Below, piece by piece: positions 10,501-22,186 of a stretch of DNA of 64,000 nucleotides. The translations under genes and the position numbers were made by a program. The first letter of the stretch is position 1; the number at the start of each line of letters is the position of its first letter. The notes under the pieces were generated by a model. That model saw only the letters and a program-made list of their open reading frames with translations, made no database searches and was not told where the DNA came from. This stretch comes from Azolla caroliniana (Eukaryota; Plantae; Polypodiophyta): contig JBHGNT010000021.1 in NCBI GenBank assembly GCA_043228905.1, positions 3,410,001 through 3,474,000 of the forward strand, read 5' to 3'.

Positions 10501-13500
10501 ATGGCGGAGGATGAGAACGCCATCATTTTGAACGATACTGTGAGAACCCTAGCATCCATGTCCATTGATTCGAGCTCAAGTAACACTGTCAAGGTTAGTT
10601 TTCATGGTTATTCTTTTCCACTGCTTTCTTTTTTATACTGGTCTTTTGTTTTACTCCTGAGAGAGATGATGTTTTGCTCTGCTGAAATGATCGATTTGTT
10701 TGTGTATTTGATGGTGTAATCAAAATTTCAGTGTTAGTCTTTTTTCTTCTTTTTCTTCTTCGTCTTCTTCTTCTGTGTTTTTTGATTTTGCCTCATGAGA
10801 ACGAGATGATTTATGAACTGATCTCCATTGGAAAAAAAGTGTGCTTTCTGATAGAGAAAAACAAGGTTATGTAATGCCGTCCTGCGCTTTTCTTCACTTC
10901 TCCTTAGAGATCCTTTTGTGGAGAGAATTACTTTTATATTGCACTAGGTTAGGGTGAAAATTGATCTTTGTTTGTAAAGGAAATGTGTTTTTTCTAATCA
11001 AAACACCAGACTTAGTTCATATGGCTTTGTGAAGTGAATTGCTTCTGTGTTTAGCTTGATTAAATTGAGACTGATCTGTATCAGAGAAGGCAATGTGTTT
11101 TCTGTTCGAACCACAAAACTTTAATTACTTTTTCTGTACTTACTCTATACTCCTGAGGTGGTTTATGAAGCATCTCTTTGTTATTTATCTTGGTCAGGGT
11201 GAATATTTCTCTGCTAGAGAAGACATTTTTCGGTCTGATCGAAGTGCTAAGGTTAGTCATGATATTTTCGGGTTAGGTTAGAAATATTGGTCTGTTTGAA
11301 AAGGGACCCTGTTTCTTCATTGGAGTGAAAAGGTTTGGCATGCTTTCTTTATTCTGTGTAACTCCTAAGATTGTTTATGAAGTGGTTTTTTCTTGTTCTG
11401 CTTGGCTAGGATGAATGTTTCTCTGTTATAGAAGGAAATGTGCTGTCTGATCGAGGCATATTGAGCAACAGGAGTCTTGCTAAAGCAAAGTTTATGTGTA
11501 GCTCTGGAGGGAAAATACTCCCTAGACCCTTAGATATGAAACTCCGTTATGTTGGTGGAGAAAATAGAATGATCTCGGTGCCAAGGAATATTACCTATGC
11601 TGATTTTCTTGGAAAAATGGTGGACATCTATGGCCCTGACATTGTTTTGAGGTACCAACTGCCGGATGAAGATCTTGATGCTCTCGTATCTGTTTCATCT
11701 GATGAAGATTTAGACAACATGATGGAAGAATGTGATAGGTTGCATTTTGCTGAACTGTCATCAAGGTTAAGAGTGTTTGTATTCCACGAATATGAGGTGG
11801 ATGCCATTGATCTACAGGACATACTTGATCCGAAAATCTCGGAACAGAAATTTGTTGACGCTATAAATGCAATGTCCTTTGATCTACCCTCTAGGGAAGC
11901 CAACCGTTCACAATTTGCAGAGTTTTATTTAAATAACTCTACAGCTTCCTTCAATCCATGGGATGCGATTCAAAGACGAGATAGAAATTTTGCACTACAT
12001 CAGGAGACAGAAACTTTCCCCCTAGATGTCCATATATCCTCAGAAAACTTTCACATGATGAATGCTATTTCTTCTGCTGTTGACGAATCACATCCAGTAT
12101 CAATGTCTCCCCTTGATGAGTTTTTAGGGGAATCCACTTCAATGACAAATATTACCCATGAAAATGAGGGTACATATTCTTCTGAAAATGGTGGAGATGA
12201 TTTCTACGATCTTGAATATGGCAGTTTCCAAAGCTTGCCTGTTTCCTCACAACAGAAAATTCTGAATGAGGAATATGCAGAAAATGATCTCTATCGAAGA
12301 TCTCAAACTCAAAATGAAGTAAAGCGCAATGAGGAGAATGGATCTGGGAATGATATGGACACCTCAAGACATTTTGGTCTGCAGGAGGATCTCAAAAATC
12401 TGGAATCAGAGGAGCATCATCAGAATATAGACAGTCGATGGCAGGGTTCAGTTATGGAACTTAATGTAGGGCACTTGAATGCAAATTTAGTACCTGATAT
12501 TGATCTACTAACAGAATTTCAAGAAGAATGCTATCAAGCTGAAGATACATATTCTGTAATTGTTTCAGAGTTGAATGGCTTGGAGCAGTTTCCCTTGAAC
12601 TTAGAACCCCATAACGAAGTAATTCACAATCAAACATTGGATGAAGAAAATGCGTTCCAGGAAAGAGGTGAATACAAAGAATCTTCTTATGCATTAGCAC
12701 AGAAAGCAAATTTAGTAAACATCATTGGTTCCAATTATATGCATGAACAAGCACTCACGAGTCCAATTCCACAAGGAAATTCTGCAAAAGAATTTCCCAC
12801 CAGCTTTATGTTGACACCTGAAGAATGTAATGTGGAGATTAATCAAGAGCCAGCGCGGGGGCATGTTCCTGCTCATGACAAAATACTTCTAAGTTATCCC
12901 TACACCCTTGATAGTGTTGGAGTACCACATTCAACTAATTCTGACAGATTAAATCAGAGAGTTAAGCAAGAGAATGAGGAATATTACGTGCATCAAGTCT
13001 CTCTGGATGCTGTAAATACAACCTCCTACTTGTTTCCAAGTCTAGATGGAGTTCACGAAGATGATTTTCTGTATCAGAGTGTTCAGCAAGATGGGATGGA
13101 AAAGGTCTCAGGGGCATTTGAGCTATACCAAAGTGGTTCAGAGGCTTTATCCAGGAGAAACAATTCTCCAGGCATTTCTCTAGCAGAAGAATGCAATGTA
13201 CAAGAAGAAAGTAACACACATGGATCTACACGACACAATCGGGAAGCATTAACTTCATCTATTATGCATCTTTCTCCGCCATTAGACATAATTTCAGATT
13301 TATTAAGTAGCTTGCCATCAGAGAATCCAAAATTAGGCAGCCTACCATCAGAACCACTGCATTTGCTAGATGCTTATCCACATCAGGAAGGGGATAGTTT
13401 GACTGCAAGAGAGGCAGCGGAGGAATTACATACAGAGGATTCGTGTCACCATAAGTCATCCGAGAAAAGAGAGTCTGAAGATCCAACTTTTCATTCGATA

Positions 13501-16500
13501 CAGAATTCGTTGGCTTCAAATGAACAATTTGGCAGGGTATCAACAGCATTGAAAAACGCTTTTAACAATGGAACTGCCCTTGATGAAGGCAGTTTGCTCA
13601 AAGCTGGAGAATCTGTAAATACATCAGCCCTTCGTTCTGTTAATAGTTTGGCCTTTGCATCATTAATTGAAACTTGGGAGGCATCTTTGCTACGAGATGA
13701 TGAGCACATGCAAAATGCTGCAGTTCTTGATGTGGTGCATGAAGAGGCTCGAGAAATTGATACAGTTGAGGTGATTAGCTATTATGTGTGGTCATTTCTA
13801 GCTATTGCAAGCATATATTTCATGCTAGAAGTATGGTGATGCAGGAGTCTGGAGTAGAGCTTGATGAGCATGATGATTTCCAGTCTTTTGATTTTGGTCC
13901 CAGGAATGTCGCCACTATTGCAGAAGAGGAAGCGACAGCCCGTGGTCTACAGGTATACAATGACCTTAAGTTTTATGAATCTTTTGTGCTGACTGCATTT
14001 TGGTTTTTATATTATAATTACTCTGCTCCTACAGACAATTAGAAATTGTGATCTGGAAGATTTGCGAGAGTTGGGATCTGGCACATTTGGTACTGTTTAC
14101 CATGGAAAATGGAGAGGATCAGATGTTGCAATAAAGCGAATCAAAGCAAGTTGCTTTGCTGGACGGAAAAATGAACGTGATCGATTGGTATGGGTTCTAG
14201 ATGCTCCCAAACACATTTGTTCTGTTAACTAGGACATGATAAATATTCTTTGCAAGCGAAAGCCATATCACATGCCTGCTATTACAGATGGCTGATTTTT
14301 GGCGCGAAGCATGTCTTCTCTCTCAGTTACACCATCCCAATGTTGTAGCATTTTATGGTGTTGTACCTGATGGACCCGGTGGAACCTTCGCTACTGTGAC
14401 TGAGTATATGGTCAATGGTTCTTTAAAGCAAGTTCTACAAAGGAAGGACAGGTACAGATTTCATATACATATGCAATGTCCACAGAGAGTCTTAATCATA
14501 TTTGAGAAGTTTGATCATCTTGGAACAGAACATTAGATCGTCGTAAACGCTTGCTTATAGCGATGGATGCGGCATTTGGAATGGAATATTTGCATGGGAA
14601 AAATGTTGTCCACTTCGATATAAAATGTGAAAATCTTCTTGTCAATATGAGGGACATCCAGCGACCTATTTGTAAGGTGGTTTTCTTGACCTTATTTCTC
14701 TTCCTTTCCTACGGCAAAATGATTGCAGTTACGATGTCAGATATCACTCATTAGTGAAATGTAGTGAAATTCATCTGTGAGATTTTAAATTAGTATTCTT
14801 TTAAATAGTGTGCTGGCTTTGATGGATGAAATAAGGAGAGGATTGCACTTTGATGAACTGGCCTTCATCAAATGCTTAGTTTCATTGAATACTTGTATTG
14901 TGTCGCTACATTAGCTTTGTATTATAAGTTAAATGTTTTGTATGCTCTGTTTTTCAGACTATGTTTGACAATTTCATGCTTCTATCCTAAATCATTTTGC
15001 AAGTTAAATTATTGCACTAAAAGATTTGAAACTTGGGTTTTCTTAACCTTGGAATAGTGTTCGCCCTGGTTTTGAGCTTGGCATTTATGCAAGCCATATT
15101 CAGAGGATCCATTTTCTTTGGCAGGACAACATTCATTGTTCTAATGTTTGGTAACCCTCGCAGGCCAGTATAAAATTTCTCCCTCTAGAAGTCAAACCAC
15201 ATTGAGCTCAAGACATTCACGAGCAAATCGATGCAGACATTATGAGCTCACAAAATAGGAAGTATTATGTCTTTTCTAAAAGACAAGCAGGATCCAGCTC
15301 AAGAAGTTGAATCACAAATCCATTTCGCCACAGTAGAATTTATTGAAGCTGAGGAGAAATAGAGCATCATCTCATAGAAGATGGAAGGTTGAGAGAGCAA
15401 GAAGTTGGATGAGGAAGAGCAAGATGAATCCTCCAGAGTCCACAGGTATGGAGATTATGATGAAGAGACTTCATTGCTGTCTTGCTCTCATTGACCCAGG
15501 AGATCCATGTGTTTCAAATCCAGAAAGAGAAGCATGCAGTTCTCTAGCTCTCTGACAAGCCAAGTTATGTATGAAATAGTGCCAACGTTTGGTGATCTTG
15601 ATGAACTCACCCCCAAATAACTTGAGAACATAAGTTCTGAGCTTGCCAAGGTTTATACTACTCAACAAGCTGGAAAATGGGCTGTTTACTGAGTGGAATA
15701 TAAGACATTTATAAGTGAAAATTTCCAATCCCAATCAGGCAGCTGCAATATAGTGGTCGTGACAAGCCCAAATTTTTGATGTTTGATATCTTGGTGACAT
15801 CTTTCAGTACATTAAAAAAACTTAAATGCTGTGCATGACATTTAATGGAATTGCCAATTGGCTAAAAAACTTTAACCTTTGAGGAGTGATGATCCTGAAT
15901 CCACCAGTCCACATGAAAATCTGTATCTCTGTTGGATAAACATTTGTGGTAAAGGTGCAACATCACAAATGTCTTCGTCTTCATGTAAGCAGGGTAGTGG
16001 TTGAGATTTTGAGATTCTAGAACTCAGACATTCACCCATTATTACTCTGGTTGTTCATCGCTGCTGCTTCCCCCCTCATTGTGAGGTGTCTTCTTGCTTT
16101 CTTGGTGACCATTAACTTGCACTACCTCGACTTAGCATTAACTTTCTCGACTACTTTCTGGTCTTCCCTTCCTCTGGTGATAATGATATATTGGAACTGG
16201 TCCTTAGTTTCTTGGTTACTGTAACCTCCTGCTTCAAATGCAGCATGTTAGAAGGGAATTCTCGTAAGATTCCAACAGCTTTTGGATTGCTACTCTTTGT
16301 CTTATCGAACTTTTTGCTTATTGTTGCAATCACATTCCGTGTGTCATTTTTTTGTTCAAATGCTGTCAGAGCCATTGTGGTCTGCCAAACACATTGAAAG
16401 TTTCTGTGTACATCCATGTAGCATTCACTGGGGGAATCGAAAAATTGGCCAATGACCACAGGACTGAACAGATATACCCATTGCAGCTTCGCAGAACTTG

Positions 16501-18602
16501 GAAAGAAAGAAAGCAAGGTTAGATCCTTCAAACATCAGTTGTTTGAAACAGAATGCAGGAAAAAGAAGCATGCAGATTCCACGAGTCTCTGGTCGATTGT
16601 ATATTAAAACCCTTCCTTACAGATTGATACTCTCCCTGTGCTCGGTTGGAGTCTCTAGAGGGAAGGGTGGGAACCCATCCTCAAGAAATTCTGAAAAGGT
16701 TGGAAGATCTGGCCAAAGGTGTTAGCCCTGTAGATATTTCCTGGCAAGTTTGATTACCATTACAAAATGTGGATACTGCATTTGAATAATGATCACTTTA
16801 CATGACTAAGGGGGATCGCCCCCGCACCTAAGTATTCCTCAATGACTGATAGCGTATCACAAGTATCGTGAGGGAAACATGTAAACACCCCGCCGTATGC
16901 TGGGAGTGCAATAGAAAACCTGAAATCCGATGTGTACCTCCTGGGCCTCTGGAAAACTATGATTTACACACAACAATTACAGAGACCTCATTGTTTAAGT
17001 TCTGACAGGCAGTCTTCTCCACTACTCCATGACACTGGTTGTTTAACCATTACAAGGATCTATCTCCTACAGTCCTACAGTGTACTAAATGTGTTTTCTT
17101 CTGAATATGCTCATGGGTGAGATAAGTTTATTACCCTTTATGTCATGTCCTATGGATATATATACACGGAAATGCCTATAGAAACTCTGGTAGACGAGCC
17201 CTAGATTACCATTATATGCACCTAGCAAATAATTTATTCATGTTAAAAGCTTCAATGCGTTTGTCAAGGCCAAACAATTATGCTTTTTAGTCAGCGATAT
17301 TTCTTTGAAGTACAGACTTTGTATTTAGCTCATATAAATATAGGTTCCCGAGATATAGATGTTAGAAACATAGTTCATTGGTTTTCTTTATGAATTAGCA
17401 CGCTCTCTTTCACGTTGATGACATGGAATGGGATGCCATTACTTTCTTCCATGGTGTGCATGATGAGGTTGATGCTTTTCTAGCCATTCGAAAAAGAAAT
17501 ATTAAGTATGTTTGTTTTTGGGGTTACGCTTGCTTCTTTTTCTCCTCTCATTTCCAAGAATTGCAAGTTTTATGTTGTCTGCTGCTATGAAGATATAAGT
17601 TCAAACTACTAGATCTTCATTTAGTGGAATAGAGTTGGTTTGGTTTGTTCACATTTAGAAGGATATATGAGATGCACTGTAGGTTGAGAATTGAGATAAC
17701 CACTTGGTCCTGTAGCTCATATGCCTTAAGTTGCTGGGATGATACCCTTTATTTGTTGCTTTCATCTACACGCAATTGTGCTGCTTAACTTGTGCACATT
17801 CATTACTACTACTCTAAGGTGGTTGGATAACCATTTGAATGTCCAACTCATGTACCACTGCAATTCATGATCCAAAAGTGCTGGGGAAAAGTTCTCAGAA
17901 GATTGCGATTTATTTATGATTTTCATCTGAAATTATCTTGACCGGAAACAAAATATTTTTTGCATAAGTCAAATTTCATTGTATAAACGTCATTTCAGGT
18001 TGGAGACCTTGGCTTGTCTAAAGTGAAGCAACAAACGTTTGTCTCAGGAGGGGTAAGAGGAACATTACCATGGATGGCGCCAGAATTGCTGAATGGCAGT
18101 AGTAGCTTGGTGTCGGAAAAGGTAAGAAAGAAAATTTCAGAACCTTGATTGTTTACTTAAGGAAGCTTTGATTATGGAGATAATGGGATTCTACTCCTAC
18201 ACGTCTCAGGTTGATGTTTTTTCGTTTGGCATTGTGATGTGGGAGCTCATAACTGGGGAAGAGCCATATGCAAACATGCACTATGGAGCTATCATTGGTA
18301 ATTGTTGTCTTAAGCTTCTTGTGGTTGTGACTTGAATGTATGTGGCAAATGAAATGTTGCTTATGTGTCTCCCTAAAGATATTTTTGTGGGTATGAATGC
18401 ATAACTACAAGGTGGTATTGTCAACAACACATTACGCCCAACAATCCCTAGATTGTGTGATCCAGGATGGAGGTCATTAATGGAAAAATGTTGGGCAGCT
18501 GATGCAGCTGCTAGGCCAACCTTTTCTGAGATTGCCAGAAGCTTACGTGCGATGGAAGCATCCTTGAATGTGAAGGGCCAAGGCCAGACACTGATCTTGT
18601 GA
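10501..18602 (+). CDS. PB1-domain Raf-like MAPKKK, B4 subgroup (HCR1/RAF20/RAF24 and Marchantia PRAF/MARK-like), ~1160 aa. Exons: 10501-10593, 11198-11251, 11410-13770, 13845-13952, 14035-14187, 14288-14451, 14529-14676, 17999-18121, 18210-18297, 18412-18602
   Basis: PB1 domain [49 protein letters not shown]. Kinase motifs [48 protein letters not shown] and DVFSFG. All introns are GT-AG and exon lengths sum to 3483 nt (in frame). The first two short exons are less certain. Confidence 0.93.
15600..15880 (-). mobile_element. Degenerate gypsy RT/RNase H linker remnant inside the 3.3-kb kinase intron
   Basis: - strand FSQLAIPL...[34 protein letters not shown] resembles the gypsy motif FSxxAxPL..FxWTxxCxxAFxxLKxxLxTAPILxxPDW. 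Element boundaries are not resolved. Confidence 0.5.
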
Positions 18603-19951
18603 CGGTGTGTAAAATATGCGATCGTTTTTAGATGCATGCATATCTATATTCTTGTGTACAAATATAACAGGCTCATTTTTTCATGTGGATTTTACATGCA
18701 TTCTTGTAATTCTTTGTTGTATAAAAGGTTATTGGAAAAATGGGTGCAATCTGTTTAATTGATGCACTTCATTCCTATATTTTGTTGTGTAATAGCTTTG
18801 AGAAGAGAATTTGTAGATACTGGAAATCAATTGAGTAAATATTCACCTGAAGAGCTTTCCTGGTGTTCCTGTTTTTAAATAATAATGTATAGGTTGATTT
18901 TTTTGCTGAAAATAAGTTTAGGAAGAGCTACTAGGGATATGATAGGATGAGCAGTATTGTGTGGAGATAATTGAAACTCGATGCAATAACTAGGTAACTA
19001 CTAGTGTGTACATTTAGAGAAGTGCTGTAGAAGTGTATAGGTGGGCAAATTGCCTATAATGAGACTAAAAAAGAAGGGCGCAGAAGTTTAGTCTTTTTAT
19101 GAATGAGATTTCTGAGGAAATTTGTAAAGAAAGATGTTGAATATATTCAGCCAACCATAGAGTAGATAAATTGTGGTGCCAATCAATTGTTCTATTTTGC
19201 GACATTTACTTGGTTTGGCAATTCTGAATGGTGGTAGACGAACAAAAGAACATAATATATTACATCAGAATATGGTCTTTATAATGTAAAATCCATCTGC
19301 ATCAATTCTAATGGATTAGATTCACCATCTTTGCGGAATACGCGGAAACCGCAAAGGCTATGAGTTGAAATCTTGATGCGCATTGTTATATAATGTCTTC
19401 AGATACTTGGTTTGAGATGATATACACATTAACAATTTGCTCCAATGCATATGGGTTCACAAATCATTTTCTAGGTGGCAACAATAAATAAGAGGCAATG
19501 CTGACAAGGGATACTATGGGCTAGAAAGAATGGTGTTTCGAACCCATGGCCCATAATTCAACATGGTAAATGCTTGTCCCTTACTAGAATCTATGCCTTA
19601 CTTAGAGAACACAATCAAGTGGTTTGTTGGCAAGGAATTGTAATTTGTCACCAATATCAACACGGGCTCGAACCCATGACCCAAAGAACACAAAGGGTGA
19701 ATCACCGTGTAAGACACATAAACCACCATGACACGTATAAAAGGAACAACTGAAGTGTCAAGGACAAGAACCAATGATACAGGAAAGCTAAGAAAGCCTT
19801 GACAAGAAAGAGCAAGCAAGTCGTGGCCGGGGAGATTCGAACCCATGATCAGATCAGGAGAATTTCTGATAAGATTATAGCCAACAAAATTACTGTCTCC
19901 TGTTTTCATTTGGAAGAAGCCTTTACTGATATATGAGAAGGTCGAGGAACT

Positions 19952-22186
19952 ATGGCTATGGCTATGGCTATGGCTATGGCTATGCCTATGGCCACCACGT
20001 GCTTCGTCTGCCATTCTTCTTCTTCTTCTTTTCTGAGCTCCCCATGGCTCTTTCCTCTTTCTTCTCGCAGGGGTTTCCTCTGTTCTGCTATCCCACCGAA
20101 CCGCCCTTCCGATGAAGAAGACACAATTCGACCTCAGGTCGCGCCTTCTGTGCTTCGCACCCTCCGATCAGCCACAAACCCAAAACCTAACTCTAACACA
20201 GAAGGAAACCATGACTCTAGCTCTGGTCAAAACCCTACCTCTAATACTGACACAATCCCTATCCCTAAAACGGAAAGACTCCTCGACTCTGGTCCTCTCA
20301 CAAACCCCAATTCTAACACTGACGTATTCTCTAAACCAAATGCAGGAGAAAGCTTGATCGAGAGAAACCTTCGAAAGCGGGCAGCATCAACTGAGAAGAA
20401 GAAGAAGAAGATAGTTACAACAGATGGACAGGACTCATTTGAATTTCCAGATCCTGTTACTTCCTCTGACGGCCAGAATTTGGTCGATCTTCCTGTCCAA
20501 TCAAGGGTGGAAAGGTATGCAAAATATGAGAATTGTCCTATTTCTAATGTCTTTTGGGAAGAAAAGCCGCAGGGTTTGGCTATTGAAAGCTTCTATAATT
20601 TGGATTTCCATATCAAATCTTATCGACTTGCCCTCCTCTTATCTCTATTGCTTGAATCAAAAGATGTAGTCTCTTCTAGCTCCCTTTTATGGTTTGCGTT
20701 CACCCCTGAAATGGCTGAAAGTCTCCTTTCAGTGTGGAAGAAGAAATTCCCTCAAAATGATGACCTTGATGATCTTATATTGAAATGGAAGAATAATGTT
20801 GCTGAAGAGTTAGCGAAATTGATCAACGAAAAAGATGTGATTCAATTGGCTGTGGAGAATTTCTCGTCAGCATGGGAAACCAAGGTTTGGTCTGAAAGAG
20901 TTTTGTCAGGGGAAGCTGTTTCTCTTGTTACTTCTGTGATCTTATCGACAGAAATTGACATACTTTTAGGAGCTTCTAATGATGCTAAAGGTATTGTTGG
21001 TATTAAGAGGAGATTAGAAAACTCTTCGGCTGGCCTGAGTGGAGCTCTGATGCAACTTCATGGTCCACCGTTAGACCCTATTGACTTATGGGAAAAGGTT
21101 CTTAAAGAAACCCCATTCATTCTTAATGGAGATGCTTTTCTATATGATTATGCAATTATCTTGCCTTGCAAAAAAGGAGATTTTCTTCATGTGGAAAAAG
21201 ATTTCAGTGATGTGCTACGGTTGATTCAAGATCGACTAAATGCAGATCGTCAGTATTCGGGTCTAGTAGCAATGCTCCGACAATCAGCATCGTCTCGTGA
21301 CCAAAGTCTCGGAGAGTTCTATCTTTTAATTGCTCCATGGTATTGGGTTATGCCCATGGATTTGAGTGAGCTAATACCAATATCGAGCATTCTATTGATT
21401 GTTTCTTGCATTGTCACATCTTGTTTCCCTTCGGCATCTCTTGATATTGGGCTTGCATGGGATCCCTATGCAGTGCCTCTGGGCTGGCTAACCATCATAG
21501 GATCAATCTATGTGGCTGATAAAAAGAATCTTCCTTTGGTTCTCCCCTTTTGGAATTTGGGGGCCATTGGGAAAAATTCTCTCGGTTCTCGCAATTTTCC
21601 ATCTCGGGCCTCATATCTGAATGCATCAGCGGAATCAGCCTTTGCTGCGATCGTCACATCTCTTCTATTGATTGCTCTCGGTATGGCATTATGGGGTCCT
21701 TCACAATATAGCTCAAAAAGTGTATTTGATTTGCATGGGTATGTGTTGGTTCCTCCAGATCTCTTTTCACACTCGAGTGTCTTTTCCAAGCTCTTGCAGG
21801 CCTCTTCTGTGGCTACGGTGAAATCTGAGAATGAGAATCTTAACTTGGCTATAAGCCCATTTATCGTTGCTGGTCTTCTAGGGCTTAATTTTTCTGCTTT
21901 TAGTCTCTTCCCTGGACCACACACTGATGGTGCAGAAATACTGAGGAATTTGCTTGGGAATTCAAAATTGGCTGATGATATTGTGTTCATTTTATCAGTG
22001 TTGCTTACTGTATCGCTCTTTAGTCACAACCCCTTGCTGGGCTTATCATGGGTGGCGTTTTCGGCTTTGTCAGGATCAGCAACCTTTGTGATAGATGATG
22101 TCAGTGAGCCCAACTTTTTAACTCGTGCAATTGGTTTTGCACTTGTTGTGGGTGCAGTGACATGTTTCATTCCTTTTCCTCAATGA
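19952..22186 (+). CDS. Intronless, probably plastid-targeted EGY-like (peptidase M50/site-2 protease family) membrane protein lacking HExxH, 744 aa
   Basis: Ser-rich transit-peptide-like N-terminus. C-terminal hydrophobic segments follow the EGY order: LPLVLPFWNLGAIG (cf. xPFFIPxxxLGSFG), PSRASYLNASAESAFAA (cf. PxRxxLxDIxxAGPxAG), LVPPDLFSHS, ISPFIVAGLLGLNFSAFSLFPGPHTDG (cf. HPLxIAGxxGLxxxAxNxLPxGxLDG) and DDVSE. Confidence 0.8.
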   Translation: MAMAMAMAMAMPMATTCFVCHSSSSSFLSSPWLFPLSSRRGFLCSAIPPNRPSDEEDTIRPQVAPSVLRTLRSATNPKPNSNTEGNHDSSSGQNPTSNTDTIPIPKTERLLDSGPLTNPNSNTDVFSKPNAGESLIERNLRKRAASTEKKKKKIVTTDGQDSFEFPDPVTSSDGQNLVDLPVQSRVERYAKYENCPISNVFWEEKPQGLAIESFYNLDFHIKSYRLALLLSLLLESKDVVSSSSLLWFAFTPEMAESLLSVWKKKFPQNDDLDDLILKWKNNVAEELAKLINEKDVIQLAVENFSSAWETKVWSERVLSGEAVSLVTSVILSTEIDILLGASNDAKGIVGIKRRLENSSAGLSGALMQLHGPPLDPIDLWEKVLKETPFILNGDAFLYDYAIILPCKKGDFLHVEKDFSDVLRLIQDRLNADRQYSGLVAMLRQSASSRDQSLGEFYLLIAPWYWVMPMDLSELIPISSILLIVSCIVTSCFPSASLDIGLAWDPYAVPLGWLTIIGSIYVADKKNLPLVLPFWNLGAIGKNSLGSRNFPSRASYLNASAESAFAAIVTSLLLIALGMALWGPSQYSSKSVFDLHGYVLVPPDLFSHSSVFSKLLQASSVATVKSENENLNLAISPFIVAGLLGLNFSAFSLFPGPHTDGAEILRNLLGNSKLADDIVFILSVLLTVSLFSHNPLLGLSWVAFSALSGSATFVIDDVSEPNFLTRAIGFALVVGAVTCFIPFPQ

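Noticed and set aside
11440-13839. Treating the 799-aa ORF as a complete single-exon gene
   Set aside because: It is exon 3 of the spliced kinase; GT-AG sites link it in frame to the kinase exons.
16780-17100. GC-richer intronic patch as a possible snoRNA or other ncRNA
   Set aside because: No convincing C/D or H/ACA box arrangement with a terminal stem.
17999-18015. DLG instead of DFG as a sign of a pseudokinase
   Set aside because: DLG occurs in other B4 Raf-like kinases, and the catalytic Lys, the HFD..K..N loop and APE are intact.
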